Assembly: GCA_965237675.1 (NCBI GenBank)
Contig: OZ250150.1
Coordinates: 2,240,001-2,304,000 of the forward strand
From: Candidatus Latescibacterota bacterium
GTDB lineage: Bacteria; Latescibacterota; UBA2968; GCA-2709665
Direction of reading: 5' to 3'
DNA length: 64,000 nucleotides
The notes beneath the pieces were generated by a model. It saw only the letters and a list, made by a program, of their open reading frames with translations. It ran no database searches and was not told the DNA's origin. Shown here piece after piece: positions 49,079 to 58,758 of this stretch; position 1 is the stretch's first letter, and each line of letters opens with the position of its first letter. The position numbers were made by a program, and so were the translations under genes.

Positions 49079-49393
49079 TTGACCGCCCGGCGGGACAGCC
49101 GCATACGAGGGAACGGAGAGAATCCGGTTAGGCGGGCTCAGCTTCGACCGCCTGCAGTCTGCGGCGGAATCACTTTCGAGCGGGAGTTGCGAAACAATTA
49201 TGTCGGGGCCTCCAGTCTGGCCCTTCAGGTAGAAGACGCGGTGTCCGAATACGAACGATTGACTTCGGCGGGGGTGCCAGCAATGAGCCCGCCCACCGAG
49301 ATCGTCCGCGACGGAAAGGTGGCCGCCGTCGCATTCTATATTCTGGATCCGGATGCCATTCCCATCGAGATCTGGCAGCCAGTCGACGCGTAA
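49079..49393 (+). pseudogene. VOC/glyoxalase-family protein, C-terminal half only
   Basis: G...LALQVED....YERL...GV...SPP...FYILDPD.IPIEI; the N-terminal half lacks VOC motifs. Confidence 0.6.
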
Positions 49394-49438
49394 AGAGACG
49401 TGGCGAAGGCCGCCGCTTCCTGTGATTGGAGATTGAAA

Positions 49439-51619
49439 ATGGAGATTCAGGTTCGAGGGCGAGTGATCGAAGATCCGTCGGGACGCGGCCTGGCCGGGGT
49501 TTCCGTCTCGAACGGTGAGCGGATTGTTCAGACGAATGCGGAGGGTCGGTACGAACTCCTGGTGGAACCCGGGTCGCACCGGTTCGTGTTTATCACGCTT
49601 CCGGACGGATTTTTCGCGCAGGACGGGTACTACCGCTCTGTGCCCAACGTGTCCGAGCCGGACGAAGAAGTGGATTTCCGGCTCTCGCCGTCGCCCGAGA
49701 CAGCCCGCCGGCGTTTTACGCTCGCGCAGGTTACCGATACGCACGTTGTTACCGAAGGGGATACGCTCACCTCGGGAGCCGTGCTTGCGGAAGCCCTGCA
49801 GCGGCTCGAACGGGAGGCCGAACCCGATCTGATCGTGGCCAGCGGGGATCTGACGGATTGGGGAACTGTCGAACAGTTGACCGCTTTTCGCAATGCGGTC
49901 GAGGCGATTTCAACGCCGGTTTTCACGTTGTTCGGCGGACACGACGGAAACGAAGAACGCACCGGCGGTATTTCCGTTGATGCGTTCGTAGGACTGAAGG
50001 CGACGCCGAATAACCCGAAGCTTAAGGAAATCGAGAGAACGAACGCCGGCAAACCCGCCACATTGCACTTCGAGCAGGTGCTGGGGCCCGCATATTACAG
50101 CTTTGATTGGGGCGGGCGGCACTTTGTGTTCTACCCCAACGAGCAGTCGTACTTCTCGACGTTGGGCCTCGAACGCAAGGAAGGGTGGTTCTGGGCGGAC
50201 CTGGCGCTGCAGCCCGAAGACCGCGAAATTGTGGTTGTCGTGCATACCCCGCCGGCGGATTCGTTTCTTTGCGCGTTGAGTCGGTACAACGTTCAAATCC
50301 TCCTACACGGACACTGGCACTCCAGCAAGGTATTTTCGTACGGTGATATGGTCGTGGCCGCCACCCCGCCAATCTGTTTCGGGGGGATCGACACTTCCCC
50401 AAGGGGCTACCGCCTGGTACGGTTCCAAGAGAATGGTTCGTCCATGGAAGTCGGCGTGCTGCAGTCCGCGGCCGCCTCGCGACCGTCTCAGGAACGGACG
50501 CCACCGGAAATCGGATTCGACGGGGTTGGACTGCGTCTGCGATGGGAGGGACGGATTCCGGGCGGGCTCCACCGGGCGGCGCCCGTGTCGTCCGGAGAGC
50601 GCGTGTTCCTGAGCCTGCGCGACGAGGGCTGGCCGGGGCGCACCGGAATCTGCTGCGTCGACGTATCGAGCGGGGACATGCTCTGGCACGCGCCTACGGA
50701 TGCGGCGGTCAAGAACAGCGTGGCGGTGGCCGGAAACGCGTGCGCTGGGGTCTCGGTAACCGGACGGGTGTACTTGCTTGAGTTGGTGTCGGGAGAGGTG
50801 CTGTGGGAGGCGGACCTGCCCGGGTATCCGGAGCGCTGGATTTATACCTCTCCGGTTATTGCGGATGGAACGGTGTACGCAGGCGCCAAGGCCGGTTACG
50901 CTGCCTTCGATCTGACTTCGGGGCGTCGGCTTTGGCAAACGGTTAACGAAGGCAGTGACAATTGGGCCTGTTACGCCGGCCCTCAGGTTTCCGGCGACCT
51001 GCTTGTCCTGCTCGTGCAACGGATCGGGCTGACGGCGCTGGACCGCGAGACGGGGGACGTCGTCTGGGAACGGCCGATCGGGGTGGATTACCCCTATGCA
51101 GCGCCGGTCTTGTCGGGAGACCTGATCCTGAGCGGCGGCGGCGCCTCCGACCTTCACCATTTCTCGGGGGAAGCATCGCCACTCATCGCGGTGCGGGCGG
51201 AATCGGGCCATGTTGTCTGGAACAGACCGATCCTGCCGTCCAGATATCCCACGGGACTGCTGGTTCACGACGAGCGGATCTATGCGACCACGCCAGAGGG
51301 CGAGGCTCTATGCTTTGACCTGGATGACGGTGCGTTGCACTGGCGCTTTCAGACAGGAGACGACTTGCTGGATATGATTCCCTATCGCAGAGGCGTGCGG
51401 TCCATCCTGGCTGCTCCCGCGATGTTCGAGGATCTTCTTCTGGTCGGAGGGTGCGACGGGATTCTCTATGCCCTGGATCCCGCTTCGGGCCGATGCCTGG
51501 GCAGCGCTGCCTTCGGCTCGCCGATTACGGCGTCTCCATGTGCGGTGGAGGGCGGGCTGATTGTGGGTACATATGACGGGCGGGTCTTTTGTTTTGAAAG
51601 AACGGGGTACAAGGAATGA
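49439..51619 (+). CDS. Calcineurin-like metallophosphoesterase fused to a PQQ-type (BamB-like) beta-propeller
   Basis: GLAGVSVSNG...VQT..EGRY N-terminal domain, VTDTH, SGDLTD, GGHD and HGHWH; then repeated SG..LW, SSPV and LYALD..SG propeller motifs. Alternative GTG start at 49400. Confidence 0.88.
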   Translation: MEIQVRGRVIEDPSGRGLAGVSVSNGERIVQTNAEGRYELLVEPGSHRFVFITLPDGFFAQDGYYRSVPNVSEPDEEVDFRLSPSPETARRRFTLAQVTDTHVVTEGDTLTSGAVLAEALQRLEREAEPDLIVASGDLTDWGTVEQLTAFRNAVEAISTPVFTLFGGHDGNEERTGGISVDAFVGLKATPNNPKLKEIERTNAGKPATLHFEQVLGPAYYSFDWGGRHFVFYPNEQSYFSTLGLERKEGWFWADLALQPEDREIVVVVHTPPADSFLCALSRYNVQILLHGHWHSSKVFSYGDMVVAATPPICFGGIDTSPRGYRLVRFQENGSSMEVGVLQSAAASRPSQERTPPEIGFDGVGLRLRWEGRIPGGLHRAAPVSSGERVFLSLRDEGWPGRTGICCVDVSSGDMLWHAPTDAAVKNSVAVAGNACAGVSVTGRVYLLELVSGEVLWEADLPGYPERWIYTSPVIADGTVYAGAKAGYAAFDLTSGRRLWQTVNEGSDNWACYAGPQVSGDLLVLLVQRIGLTALDRETGDVVWERPIGVDYPYAAPVLSGDLILSGGGASDLHHFSGEASPLIAVRAESGHVVWNRPILPSRYPTGLLVHDERIYATTPEGEALCFDLDDGALHWRFQTGDDLLDMIPYRRGVRSILAAPAMFEDLLLVGGCDGILYALDPASGRCLGSAAFGSPITASPCAVEGGLIVGTYDGRVFCFERTGYKE

Positions 51620-51685
51620 AGAAGGTAGTGTTCCGTCCCGGAAATAGATTGCCGAAATTCTGCCGCCGAGTCGCCCGGCTGGGAT

Positions 51686-51770
51686 CCTTCGACAGGCTCA
51701 GGAACCAGCGCCTGAGCGAGGCGACCTGGGCAAGGTCGGCGAGGGAAGGCACTTCGACAAACTCAGCGCA
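51686..51770. repeat. Dispersed REP-like repeat cluster (TTCGACARGCTCA family)
   Basis: CCTTCGACAGGCTCAGG and CTTCGACAAACTCAG. Confidence 0.7.
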
Positions 51771-51883
51771 AGCAACGCAGCGAGACCGGATGAATCGGCT
51801 GATGAATGGTAACATATTTCTGGGACGGGACAGTAGACCCGTTGCGGTGTGGGATGTACGGCCGTGGGGAGGGTAAGCCCTAA

Positions 51884-52043
51884 CAGCCCGTTGAAAAAGT
51901 CCATCCGGGCTGCGTCCGGCCCTTGTGGCCGAATTACTGCGTTGCACTCCCTCCCCGAATCCCCCGATTCGACGCGGTCGTGCGCCTTGTCTTCGGCCAC
52001 AATGACTCGGCCTCGCCTGCAGAGCGACTTTATCAACGGACTG
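51884..52043. mobile_element. 160-bp MITE with 18-bp TIRs and CTAA target duplication
   Basis: Left end CAGCCCGTTGAAAAAGTC, right end (reverse complement) CAGTCCGTTGATAAAGTC (16/18); CTAA at 51880-51883 and 52044-52047. Confidence 0.85.
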
Positions 52044-52063
52044 CTAAAGGAGTGGAGTCCGGG

Positions 52064-53242
52064 ATGCAACCGTTCTTTTCTTTCTCACGATTCAATCGGC
52101 TTCTGGAATCGGCCGACATGGAGGCGATGCTGTTCTGCCGCCCGGCCTCCTTCCTCTATTTTACGACATTGCCCTGGTATGAAAGGGTCCACTTCTCCGA
52201 GATGCCGGGACAATATGTCGTGCCGTTAGCCGGTTATGTTCGCGGCCGTCCGGATCAGGCTTTTGCCACGGCGTCGGCCCAGATGGATTTCCCGGATTTC
52301 AAGGCGCAGAATATCTGGATTCCGGATGTTCGTCCCACAATGGGCGTGGCGTCGTACGAGCGGCAGGCCGAGCATATCATCCGGATTCTCCGCGAAAAGG
52401 GCGTTCAGTCGGGCCAGGTGGGCATCGAACGTGGCACGCTTTCCCACGACCTGGTCGCGGGGCTTGATGCTCTCGCTCCCGATATCCGCTGGACGGAGAG
52501 CCGGGAAATACTCTTCAAGCTTCAGGAGTTCAAGTCCAACGAAGAATTGGACAGGCTCAGGGCGGCCTGCCGGATCACGGAAAAGGGGATGATGTGCGTA
52601 TTCGACCGTCTCGCTGCCGATGTGACCCCCGAGGACCTGATGGACGTCTATGTAAATTCCACCGCGGGACTCTATGCGGAGCGTTTCGGACATTTTTTTT
52701 CGGTCCACTTCAAGGACTTCCACTTTACCGGTCGTGGGTTGAAGGGTCCGCTGCTGAAGCCGGAGACACTTATACATATCGACGTGTCTACGATCTACAA
52801 GGGGCTGATTTCGGATATCGGGAGGAATTTTTATTTCGGCGCTTCGGTGCCACCCGAAGTGGAAAGGTGCGGTCTGGCCTGTACGAGGACGACGCAAGTT
52901 GTTTTCGACCACTTGAAACCCGGAATCTCCTGCGCCGAGGTGGACAGCTTGTCGAAAGAGGTCCTTTTTGATTCGCTGGGCGATTCGGCGGGTCTCAGCG
53001 TGGGTTTTCATTCCCACGGAATCGGCTGGATTCTGTACAGCTACCCCTTCATTTCTCCCGAACCGGAAGGGGAAATCCTCCCCGGCCATGCGTTCACGCT
53101 GGAGTACAAGGTGAAATATCCGGGCATTGGACACTTCAAGTGCGAAGATACATTTGCGATGCACGAAAAGGGTCCGGAATGCCTCTGCGGGCTCGAGCGC
53201 AAGCTCTTCGTAAAGGCGGGCGACTCCCCGAAGGGCGGGTGA
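52064..53242 (+). CDS. M24 (Xaa-Pro aminopeptidase-like) metallopeptidase
   Basis: KS.EE...LR.A, metal ligands IDV..., SDIGR, HSHGIG, TLE and CEDT; GGAG RBS. Confidence 0.88.
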   Translation: MQPFFSFSRFNRLLESADMEAMLFCRPASFLYFTTLPWYERVHFSEMPGQYVVPLAGYVRGRPDQAFATASAQMDFPDFKAQNIWIPDVRPTMGVASYERQAEHIIRILREKGVQSGQVGIERGTLSHDLVAGLDALAPDIRWTESREILFKLQEFKSNEELDRLRAACRITEKGMMCVFDRLAADVTPEDLMDVYVNSTAGLYAERFGHFFSVHFKDFHFTGRGLKGPLLKPETLIHIDVSTIYKGLISDIGRNFYFGASVPPEVERCGLACTRTTQVVFDHLKPGISCAEVDSLSKEVLFDSLGDSAGLSVGFHSHGIGWILYSYPFISPEPEGEILPGHAFTLEYKVKYPGIGHFKCEDTFAMHEKGPECLCGLERKLFVKAGDSPKGG

Positions 53243-53272
53243 TGGACGATTGTCAGCCGGTTCGTGTTTTTT

Positions 53273-53340
53273 GCAAACCTTCGCCGACCCTTCGACAGCC
53301 CTTCGACAAGCTCAGGGCAAGGCTAAGGGAGCGGTTCAGG
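53273..53340. repeat. Dispersed REP-like repeat cluster (TTCGACARGCTCA family)
   Basis: CCTTCGCCGACCCTTCGACAGCCCTTCGACAAGCTCAGG. Confidence 0.8.
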
Positions 53341-53371
53341 GTGTAGGCTCAATCCAACGGGAGTTTCAGGG

Positions 53372-54799
53372 ATGGGTCAACAAATCTTACGCGCCGGCGC
53401 CGCGACGCGGGTCATCACCCCGCCGGTGGGCGTGTCGATGTCAGGGTGGAACCCCAGGGCTTCCGGGGATATCAAGTCGCGTTACGTGCACGACGATCTG
53501 TATGCCAGGGCGCTGGTGCTGTCCAACGGTGAAAGAGCGTGGGCCCTGGTTGCCGTCGATCTGTCGGGGGTGGACGCGGTCGCGACCGAGCAGATTCGCC
53601 ACGGTGCCGCGGAGGTGACGGGGCTGAGTCCCGAGACTGTCATGGTCTGTGCGACGCACACGCATTCGGGGCCCGCGTTCTGCCCGGTGGCCACCACGTA
53701 CAGCCCGGAGGATATGGCCCGCCTCACTGTAAGGGGAGATGGCTCGGCGCCTGCATCCATGGGCGAGGTCACGGCAGTCTCGTCCTCCGCGAGTTGGGTG
53801 GGCGAAACGGACCTGGATTGGAAGGCGTGGTTTGTCGCGCAGGCGGTCGCGGCCCTGGAGGAGGCCTATGGGGCGTTGCGGCCTGCCGCGGTGGGGTTCG
53901 GAGAGGCCCCGGTCGAGGGCGTGGCCAGTTCGAGACGCGTGCTGATGTCGGACGGGAGTTGGGGAGATCCGAGACGGGAGCCCGTTGACGGCGCCCGGGT
54001 GGTTTCGCGCACGCGGATCGATCCGCTCGCGCGGGTGTTCACCGTGAGGGAGAGAGGCACGGAGGCGCCGCTGGCGGCGCTGATCAACTACGGTACCCAT
54101 CCGTGGATTTTCTGTGGATCGGGGATTTCTGCGGAAATCGCTGGCGCGGCGGCCGAGCGCGTGGCGGAAGCGTGGGCGCGCGATGGCGGCGAACCGCCGG
54201 TCGTACTCTATACCGCCGGGCCGGAGGGTGACGTCACCGCGATCTGGAATATCGATATCGATGACGTCTGGAAGACCCGACCGGGCGAGGATCCCGAGGA
54301 CAGCCTTGCAAGACGGGAGCGGGGATTCGAACGGGAGCTGGCGCGTCTGGGCGGGCGGCTGGCGCACGGGGCAATAGCGGCAATTGATGGCGTAGCGCAC
54401 TGGGATGCCGCGCCGGACGTGTGGGCCCGCCGCCAGGAGGTCGCCCTGCCTTTGAAGGTGGGGTATCGCCACGTGGAAGACGTCCTCCTGGCCGATTGGC
54501 AGAAGGCGGCGCCGGAATCCTGCCACCTCACGGAAGTACAGGCGCTGGGGGTGGGTGAAGGGGTCTTGCTGGGGCTGCCGGGTGAGCCGTTCGTATCTCT
54601 TGGCATGGCGATCCGGGAGCGGTCCGGATCCCGCCAACTGCTGATTACCGCGCTTGCGAACGAGTTCGGCGCCATCAGCTACATCGCCGACCGGGAAGCC
54701 TGTGAACTGGGAGGCTACGAGACCGCGTTCACGCCCGTGGGTCCGGGAGGGGGCGAGGCGCTGGTGGACGGCGCGGTCGGGCTGTTGGGCAAGACGTAA
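53372..54799 (+). CDS. Neutral/alkaline ceramidase-like amidohydrolase
   Basis: ITPPVG, HDDLYARALVL, ATHTHSGP, NYGTHP, LPGEPF and GGYE. Confidence 0.85.
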   Translation: MGQQILRAGAATRVITPPVGVSMSGWNPRASGDIKSRYVHDDLYARALVLSNGERAWALVAVDLSGVDAVATEQIRHGAAEVTGLSPETVMVCATHTHSGPAFCPVATTYSPEDMARLTVRGDGSAPASMGEVTAVSSSASWVGETDLDWKAWFVAQAVAALEEAYGALRPAAVGFGEAPVEGVASSRRVLMSDGSWGDPRREPVDGARVVSRTRIDPLARVFTVRERGTEAPLAALINYGTHPWIFCGSGISAEIAGAAAERVAEAWARDGGEPPVVLYTAGPEGDVTAIWNIDIDDVWKTRPGEDPEDSLARRERGFERELARLGGRLAHGAIAAIDGVAHWDAAPDVWARRQEVALPLKVGYRHVEDVLLADWQKAAPESCHLTEVQALGVGEGVLLGLPGEPFVSLGMAIRERSGSRQLLITALANEFGAISYIADREACELGGYETAFTPVGPGGGEALVDGAVGLLGKT

Positions 54800-54867
54800 G
54801 ATTAATGGCTTGTGAAGAAGGGCTGACTTCGAGAGTCTTGTACACTCTATAGCGAGGAGTAAACACC

Positions 54868-55104
54868 ATGACAGGGATTGAACCCGCACACCGGTTGACG
54901 GACCTGTGGACCTATCCTCGGAAAGAGAAGGAAGCCGGTGTCAAGCTTGCCGGCACCGGCGCCTGGTCGAGCCGTCTGGACGGGATCGTCGGCTACAGAA
55001 GCGTCGATTTGCCTCCGGACCGTGCACCTGTCGAAGGTCATGATTTCGAGCAGTGTGTCGAACTAGCCGTTCCACAGGTCGTCTCGATTCTGACGGGAGT
55101 TTAG
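54868..55104 (+). CDS. Small hypothetical protein or gene remnant (78 aa)
   Basis: Strong GAGGAG RBS before the ATG; no recognisable domain. Confidence 0.3.
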   Translation: MTGIEPAHRLTDLWTYPRKEKEAGVKLAGTGAWSSRLDGIVGYRSVDLPPDRAPVEGHDFEQCVELAVPQVVSILTGV

Positions 55105-55129
55105 TGAACATGGTCCCGTCGGCAGCCCC

Positions 55130-55325
55130 GGGCTTGTCGAGACGTTCGTTGAGCCAGTCGAAGCGTGGTCATTGCGTGCGTTGAGCTTGTCGAAACGCGC
55201 TTGTCGAAATGCCCGCATATATACAACAAGCAGATATTATAGGGAGCGCTAATGTTTTGTTACCCTTCGACAGGCTCAGGGATCTCCTTCGCCGACCCTT
55301 CGACAAGCTCAGAGTGCGGGCTCAG
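55130..55325. repeat. Dispersed REP-like repeat cluster (TGAGCYTGTCGAA family, both orientations)
   Basis: About four forward units, then two inverted CCCTTCGACARGCTCAG units. Confidence 0.82.
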
Positions 55326-55377
55326 CGTCGGTCTGCCGGAGGGACGGTTCGCAAAAAAAACCTTTTTGAAATAGTCC

Positions 55378-55407
55378 TTGACAAACCGCAAAATCGTAAC
55401 GTAGATT
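55378..55407 (+). promoter_or_regulatory. Putative sigma70 promoter of the TBDR operon
   Basis: TTGACA-N18-TAGATT in an AT-rich stretch. Confidence 0.45.
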
Positions 55408-55575
55408 AGATGCTGTTTTAAATAGTAGAAATTCCTCAGGACGGCGTTGCATGTTGAATCAGGATACATTGTTTCGCGATGGGTGCGGTATAGTAACTCT
55501 CGAGTTTCCAGGCGGAATTTCGCTCGATTCTCGCTCTGGACCTTAAGTAATACAAGTGGATGGAGGATACCGGTA

Positions 55576-58500
55576 ATGGACAGGCTGAAGACTAACCTGG
55601 TTGTCACGTTAGCGCTCCTTACGGTTCTTGCGTTATCCGGCGCGGCGTTGGCCGGCTCGACGGGGAAGATCGTCGGAAACGTGACCGATGAGAATGGGGA
55701 GCCGCTGCCCGGCGCCAGCGTGGTCCTCCAAGGGACACGGCTGGGGGCTTCGACGGATGCCGAGGGGTTCTACGTCATCATCTCCGTCGATCCGGCGGTT
55801 TACCAGATGACGGCCTCCATGGTTGGCTACCATTCGGTGACCCAGGAGCAGATTCAGGTAAGGTCGGATTTTACCACGACGCTGGATTTCCGCCTTCGTG
55901 AACAGGAGTTGGAGTTGGAGGAGATGGTTGTCGTCGCTGAAGCGCCTCCGGTGGAGCCGGACAAGACGGAGAGCCGGTACGTGCTGACCGCCCAGGATAT
56001 CGCGCGGACGCCGATTCTCAGAGACGCTTCCGAGTTCGTCGCGCTGGAAGCGGGTGTGGCGGTGGACGGCAGCGGCGTGATTCGCGGCGGTCAGGTGGAA
56101 GACAACCTGATCTACGTGGACGGCGTGCGGCTGCAGAACCAGGACGGGCGCGGGGGACCCACTTCACGGGGCAGCCAGTGGTGGGGCGCCAACGTAAAGG
56201 CGCTGCAGGAGGTCTCCGTGATCACGGGGGGGATGAACGCCGAGTACGGAAACGCGCAGGCGGGGGTCGTGCAGATGGTGACGCGGGATGGAGGGTCGAC
56301 GTACCTCGGCGAGGCGGAGTATCGGCTGACACCCGGCGGCAAGAAACACTGGGGCGCTAACATATACGACGCGCCGGAACACCGTGGGCACATGCGGTGG
56401 AACGATCCCGCGTGGACATCCGAGGTGGATCCGGAGACCGGCGCGCTTGTGCACCAGAGGACCAACTATACGGATCATCGGGGTCACTACTTTGACGCCT
56501 ATCTCGGCGGCCCGCTTCTCCCGGAAACGTCCTTTTTCATCAGTTCGCGGCACCGCCGGGATGCGGCGGCATTTCCGGGGGCGTGGACCGTGCGTCCGTT
56601 CAATACCCGGAACACGGCGAAGTTGACCATCCGGGCGCACGACAGTGTCAAGATGCAGATCGGCTGGATTTACGACCGGTGGAAGGTTTTCAACAACGGC
56701 GGGCTGGGCGGGACAACCCGGTCCGTCAGCAACGTCCTCAGGGGCCCGGGCCGCGACATTTTTCTACCTGAAGGGTCACCCGCGGGGGAAATGACCAATA
56801 CCGAAAGCGTTGTCTACGGCGTCGTAACGCACACGGTCAGTCCACGGACCTTCTACGAACTGAGGCTCTCGCAGTATCAGAGCACACAGGATACCAGCGG
56901 CGTTTCGAACACGACGGCGGACATCGGAAGCGATTCGGACGGCTGGTTCTACACCGACCGGGGGGACGTTCGCGCGTATACCCTGGGTCAACAGACCAGG
57001 AGCGGTCTGAGGTTCGACCTGTCAAGCCAACTCACGAAAACGCACTTCTACAAGATCGGGATCGACTTCACGGGCTATAGCAACCATTTTATCCGTGAAG
57101 GCAACACGCCCGGCGACGCGCGGAAACAGATCCTGTATATCGGCGACCCGGAACCCGGAACGCCGACAGAGCCCAGGCAGTTCGCAGCCTACATCCAGGA
57201 CAAGATGGAGTTCGAGGGCTTCATTGTCAACGCCGGCATCCGCTACGACCGCTTCTGGGGCGCCAATGTTCCCGTGATGGGGGCACTCCGGGCCTTCCAA
57301 TATACCACCATGTCGCGATATCTTACGGCGCCCAGGTACCCCATGAAGCCCATCGTGAACTGGAGTCCGCGGTTGGGTATCTCGCACCCGATCACATACA
57401 GGTCGAGCCTCCATTTTTTCTACGGCCATTTCTACCAGTTGCCGAGTTTTTATCAGATGTTCCACGACCAGTGGTTCGGCTCCGGAGACGGGATACCGGG
57501 CATCGGCTTCAGCGAATACACCAGCCACTACCGGCCCGCAACCACGTCCATCGCGCGGCCGATGTGGGACAATACGGCGCGGACGATCAGCTTCGAACTG
57601 GGCGCCGACTGGAACTTCATTTCCGACTATACACTCGCGCTGGCGACGTTCTATAAGAGCGCTTCGTTCCAGGAAACCGGGGGTTGGGACGTGTTCCTGT
57701 ACCCGGAGTTGCGTGGGGCGGGCGTCCGCCTCCGCCAGCGGCTCACCAGCAGCCTGTCCAATATCCGCCTTGAAGACACGCGGGGCCTGGAATTCAGCTT
57801 GAGGAAGGGTTTCAGCCACTACTTCTCGTTCCGCGCGGCCCTCAACCTGGCCTGGAGCGACTACAGCCTCGGAGGGGGCGGCACCGTCAGCAACGGCGCC
57901 ACCGTGATACCGGACTCGAATTACATTGCCAGCGGCAATTATTTCTTCGCGTGGGAGGCCGCGGGTGGCTCGGAGCGTCCCGTAACCCTTACCGATGAAC
58001 AGATCCGGATCATCGGTCACGGCGCCAACGAGGCCATAAGAACCGCCCAGGCGGACCGGCGCGTCGCCGGAGGATATGTCTACGACTTCTCAACGAACCG
58101 GGACGCCATTGTGCCAACCTGGGAGGAGAACTGGCTTTCGGATGCGGCCCGGGAGGGGGCTCGCGGTCTGTGGATCGTGCACGGGCACAGGGCGAATCCG
58201 GGCACGGAGGTGGGACGCAGGAGCCAGGGCAGCCTCCAGATGTTCCTGTCCACGCCGCAGGATTTCGGCATGGGGCCGAAGGTTGCCGGAAGCACGCTTC
58301 TGGGGGGCATCAACGCCAACCTGATCTACCGGATCTATACCGGATCGCAGTTTACGTATCTGGTCCTCGACGGCACGCGCCAGGTCGCGCGGGGTCCATT
58401 GCGCACCGTTATGGATCTGAACCTTCAGAAACGCTTCGAATTAGGCAGAGCCAGCGCCGATGTATTCCTGGAGGTCTTCAATCTGTTCAACCAGAAGGAC

Positions 58501-58653
58501 GCTTTTGCCTCGGGAACCGACTATATGTGGTGGGGGTTGCAGGCGCCCAGACCGAACGACGCAAACTATCTCAATTACGGCGATTTCCAGGATCGCAGCC
58601 GGTATATAGGCGAACCCCGCACAACGCACGTGGGTATTCGAATGCGGTTCTAA
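55576..58653 (+). CDS. TonB-dependent receptor with N-terminal carboxypeptidase-regulatory-like domain
   Basis: Signal peptide ending ALA; TGKIVG.V.D..GEPLPGA, IRGG, ITGGMNAEYGNAQAGVV, YIQDKMEFEG..VNAGIRYD and SPRLGISHPI; terminal F; GGAGG RBS. Confidence 0.93.
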   Translation: MDRLKTNLVVTLALLTVLALSGAALAGSTGKIVGNVTDENGEPLPGASVVLQGTRLGASTDAEGFYVIISVDPAVYQMTASMVGYHSVTQEQIQVRSDFTTTLDFRLREQELELEEMVVVAEAPPVEPDKTESRYVLTAQDIARTPILRDASEFVALEAGVAVDGSGVIRGGQVEDNLIYVDGVRLQNQDGRGGPTSRGSQWWGANVKALQEVSVITGGMNAEYGNAQAGVVQMVTRDGGSTYLGEAEYRLTPGGKKHWGANIYDAPEHRGHMRWNDPAWTSEVDPETGALVHQRTNYTDHRGHYFDAYLGGPLLPETSFFISSRHRRDAAAFPGAWTVRPFNTRNTAKLTIRAHDSVKMQIGWIYDRWKVFNNGGLGGTTRSVSNVLRGPGRDIFLPEGSPAGEMTNTESVVYGVVTHTVSPRTFYELRLSQYQSTQDTSGVSNTTADIGSDSDGWFYTDRGDVRAYTLGQQTRSGLRFDLSSQLTKTHFYKIGIDFTGYSNHFIREGNTPGDARKQILYIGDPEPGTPTEPRQFAAYIQDKMEFEGFIVNAGIRYDRFWGANVPVMGALRAFQYTTMSRYLTAPRYPMKPIVNWSPRLGISHPITYRSSLHFFYGHFYQLPSFYQMFHDQWFGSGDGIPGIGFSEYTSHYRPATTSIARPMWDNTARTISFELGADWNFISDYTLALATFYKSASFQETGGWDVFLYPELRGAGVRLRQRLTSSLSNIRLEDTRGLEFSLRKGFSHYFSFRAALNLAWSDYSLGGGGTVSNGATVIPDSNYIASGNYFFAWEAAGGSERPVTLTDEQIRIIGHGANEAIRTAQADRRVAGGYVYDFSTNRDAIVPTWEENWLSDAAREGARGLWIVHGHRANPGTEVGRRSQGSLQMFLSTPQDFGMGPKVAGSTLLGGINANLIYRIYTGSQFTYLVLDGTRQVARGPLRTVMDLNLQKRFELGRASADVFLEVFNLFNQKDAFASGTDYMWWGLQAPRPNDANYLNYGDFQDRSRYIGEPRTTHVGIRMRF

Positions 58654-58758
58654 CGACAACGGCCGTAAAGACAATGCCCTTGAAGAGTTCCATATTCAAA
58701 CAGCCCGGGCAAACCGGATGCGGGAAAAACCAATGCTGACACGAAGGAGACCTGGGAG

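Noticed and set aside
54868-54895. tRNA-like fragment (GGATTGAACCCGC, reverse T-loop-like)
   Set aside because: No cloverleaf can be built, and it follows a strong RBS-ATG.
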